A stretch of DNA of 64,000 nucleotides from Octopus vulgaris (lineage: Eukaryota), in contig OX597831.1 of NCBI GenBank assembly GCA_951406725.2, positions 83,328,001-83,392,000 on the forward strand, given 5' to 3'. Both the position numbers and the translations under genes were made by a program. Shown piece after piece: positions 61,641 to 64,000 of the stretch. Each line of letters opens with the position of its first letter. Within the stretch, counting starts at the first letter, position 1. The notes under the pieces were generated by a model. That model was not told the DNA's origin and searched no databases. It saw nothing but the letters and a program-made list of their open reading frames with translations.

Positions 61641-63246
61641 TGGAATAAAATTTGGGCAGAAGAAAAAACACACAGCGAAAAGCCCCCCTGGATTGATAGA
61701 ATATCTAAAGAACTGGACTCCTTAGAAGAACAAAAGTGGGAGGGTGTCAAGGTAGAAGATATAAGATCTGCTCTCAGGAGGTCAAGCAACTGGAAGTCTC
61801 CAGGAAAGGATAAAATCCATAACTTTTGGTTGAATGCCTTCCCAGAGAGTCATGAACTGCTAACAGAACTTTACAATGATGTTTTGCAACACCCTAGTAG
61901 GATGCCTCCTTGGCTAGTTAATGGGTTAACATTCCTGCTTCCAAAAAGTGAAGAAACAAATGAGCCAAAAAACTATAGACCCATAACCTGCTTAACAACT
62001 ATGTATAAAACACTAACATCTGTCCTGACGGAATATACCTATAGTTTTTTGACAGACAGCAGCATATTCCCTAATGAACAGAAAGGATGTAAACGTGGAT
62101 CCTCCGGCTGTAAAGACCAACTACTCATCAATAAGATGATCTTAGAAGATTGTCACAAACGACACAAAAACTTATCAATAGCCTGGATAGACTATAAAAA
62201 GGCTTTTTATAGCCTGCCACATAGTTGGATTAATAAATGCCTAGAAATGTATAAGATAGCACCTGCTCTGCGAAACTTTTTGTCTGTAAGTATGAGATCA
62301 TGGAGAACCACACTAACTTTGAACAATGACAATGAATCTCTAAATGCTGGTGATGTAAAAATTTCATGTGGCATTTTCCAGGGCGACTCACTATCACCGC
62401 TCCTCTTCTGTTTAGCCTTAATACCTCTCTCAAAACTGCTCAATGACGCGCAGTACGGATATAAAATGTTTGATAAAAATATAAATCATCTCATTTACAT
62501 GGATGATTTAAAGCTTTTGCAAAAAAATGACCAACAACTCAAGGGCTTACTAGCGATTGTCAAACAATTCAGTGATCACATCAGAATGCAATTTGGCCTC
62601 GATAAGTGTGCAAAAGCTACCTTTATCAAAGGAAAAATGACAGAAACATCTAACGTTAACCTTGACCAGCAGAATGTAATAAACGAATTAGACCCAGCGG
62701 AGAGCTACAAGTATCTAGGGGGAATTGAAGGAAACAGAATAAGATATTCAGAGATGAAAGAAAGGATCAGGAGAGATTGCTATCAAAGAGTGAGAGCAAT
62801 ACTCAATACAGAGCTGAATGCAAGAAACAGGATCGAAGCGATCAATGCATTAGCCATACCAGTCGTGACTTACAGTTTCAATATCGTTAACTGGTCAATT
62901 ACTGAAATACGTCAGCTCGACAGAAAAATAAGAAAAATGTTGACAATGCATAGAATGCACCACCCTAAGGCAGATACAGAACGACTTTATCTGCCAAGAA
63001 AAGAGGGAGGCCGTGGACTTTTACAACTGGCAATAACAATGAAGATTGCTACAATTGGCCTAGACACCTACCTGAAAAACTCTGAGGACTGGATGTTAAA
63101 ACTTGTCTCAAAACATGAAAACAAGAAAGCATCATACTCAGTAACAAAACAGGCAAAGGAATATCTAAGTGAAGCTGTTGTCTCTTGAGGTCTCTGGGTG
63201 AGACTTGGAGCCAACTTGTACAGACATAAAGCAAAAGTCAAACATA

Positions 63247-63310
<64 letters not shown>
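61641..63310 (+). mobile_element. R4/Dong LINE copy: open RT joined directly to 3' UTR tail (Zn knuckle/RLE missing)
   Basis: WKSPGKD, NYRPITCL, WIDYKKAF, GIFQGDSLSPLLF, YMDD, YKYLG, RKEGGRGL; tail 63175-63248 is the inverse of 60845-60917, then (TAA)n. Confidence 0.95.
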
Positions 63311-63311
<1 letters not shown>

Positions 63312-63314
63312 TTA

Positions 63315-64000
63315 TGCAGCTCTATCGTGCCTGTTGAGATACTCTGTAGGCGCTAGAAGACTGCACTTGGAGACCACATGGTCAATGGTTTTATTTTGTT
63401 GCTTGCATACACGACACGTTGGACTGCTTCTGATCTTTAATATGTTGGCCTGGTAGTTTCTTGTTGGTAGGCATTGATCTTGAGCTGCTATGATGAACCC
63501 CTCTGTTTCAGATTTTAAGCCAGAGGCCATTAGCCATTGATGGATCAGGGCTTTGTCAACATCTGCATTATTTGCTCTCTTTGGGTATTTGCCATAGAGA
63601 GGTTTTTCTTTCCATTTATCATTCAGAATATCTAAGGCCGCAGATTTAGCACGGGTTTTCATGCGCTTAGCTTTTTCTGTGCCTGTTTCTTGTATGTCTA
63701 TCTCTAATTCCGAAATTTGTTGTATTCGGAATTCACTTAGATATTCCTTTGCCTGTTTTGTTACTGAGTATGATGCTTTCTTGTTTTCATGTTTTGAGAC
63801 AAGTTTTAACATCCAGTCCTCAGAGTTTTTCAGGTAGGTGTCTAGGCCAATTGTAGCAATCTTCATTGTTATTGCCAGTTGTAAAAGTCCACGGCCTCCT
63901 CTTTTCTTGGCAGATAAAGTCGTTCTGTATCTGCCTTAGGGTGGTGCATTCTATGCATTGTCAACATTTTCTTATTTTTCTGTCGAGCTGACGTATTTCA
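63315..64000 (-). mobile_element. R4/Dong LINE upstream part (thumb to Zn knuckle), continues beyond window
   Basis: ETEGFIIAAQDQCLPTRNY..CRVCKQQNKTIDHVVSKC..RHDRAA; continues into 61516 and below. Confidence 0.95.

Noticed and set aside
61536-63188. 550-aa ORF as an intact RT gene
   Set aside because: Chimeric: the first ~35 codons are antisense of the host copy and the end runs into UTR; a truncated TE fragment

Overview
Eukaryotic, AT-rich, repeat-dominated DNA with no confidently identifiable host protein-coding gene. The SINE families and (TA)n/(CA)n/(TAA)n/(GATA)n microsatellite style look like an Octopus (coleoid cephalopod) genome; this is inferred from recalled repeat sequences and not verified. 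Most ORFs in the track are microsatellite artefacts. The real coding signal is decayed transposons: R4/Dong-type RLE LINEs sitting in (TAA)n (13.0-14.4, 18.9-21.4, 60.8-64.0 kb), CR1-group LINEs (6.6, 32.4, 34.4, 37.5-41.2, 42.0, 56.0-57.9 kb), an RTE LINE, a Tx1/L1 LINE, two tandem ORF1-only gag-like remnants, Penelope-like (PLE) RT and GIY-YIG fragments, four Tc1/mariner relics, Helitron ends and tRNA-derived SINEs. The least obvious structure is a dispersed set of about nine minimal type-I hammerhead-ribozyme motifs in PLE-like non-coding repeats. These include a ~365-nt retrozyme-like unit carrying two hammerheads with a U3-A8 core variant. Also notable are a Dong/R4 element nested in antisense in its own family with a ~124-bp target duplication, and a 3' tail shared by a SINE and CR1 LINEs. 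All calls are by eye; none were database-checked.
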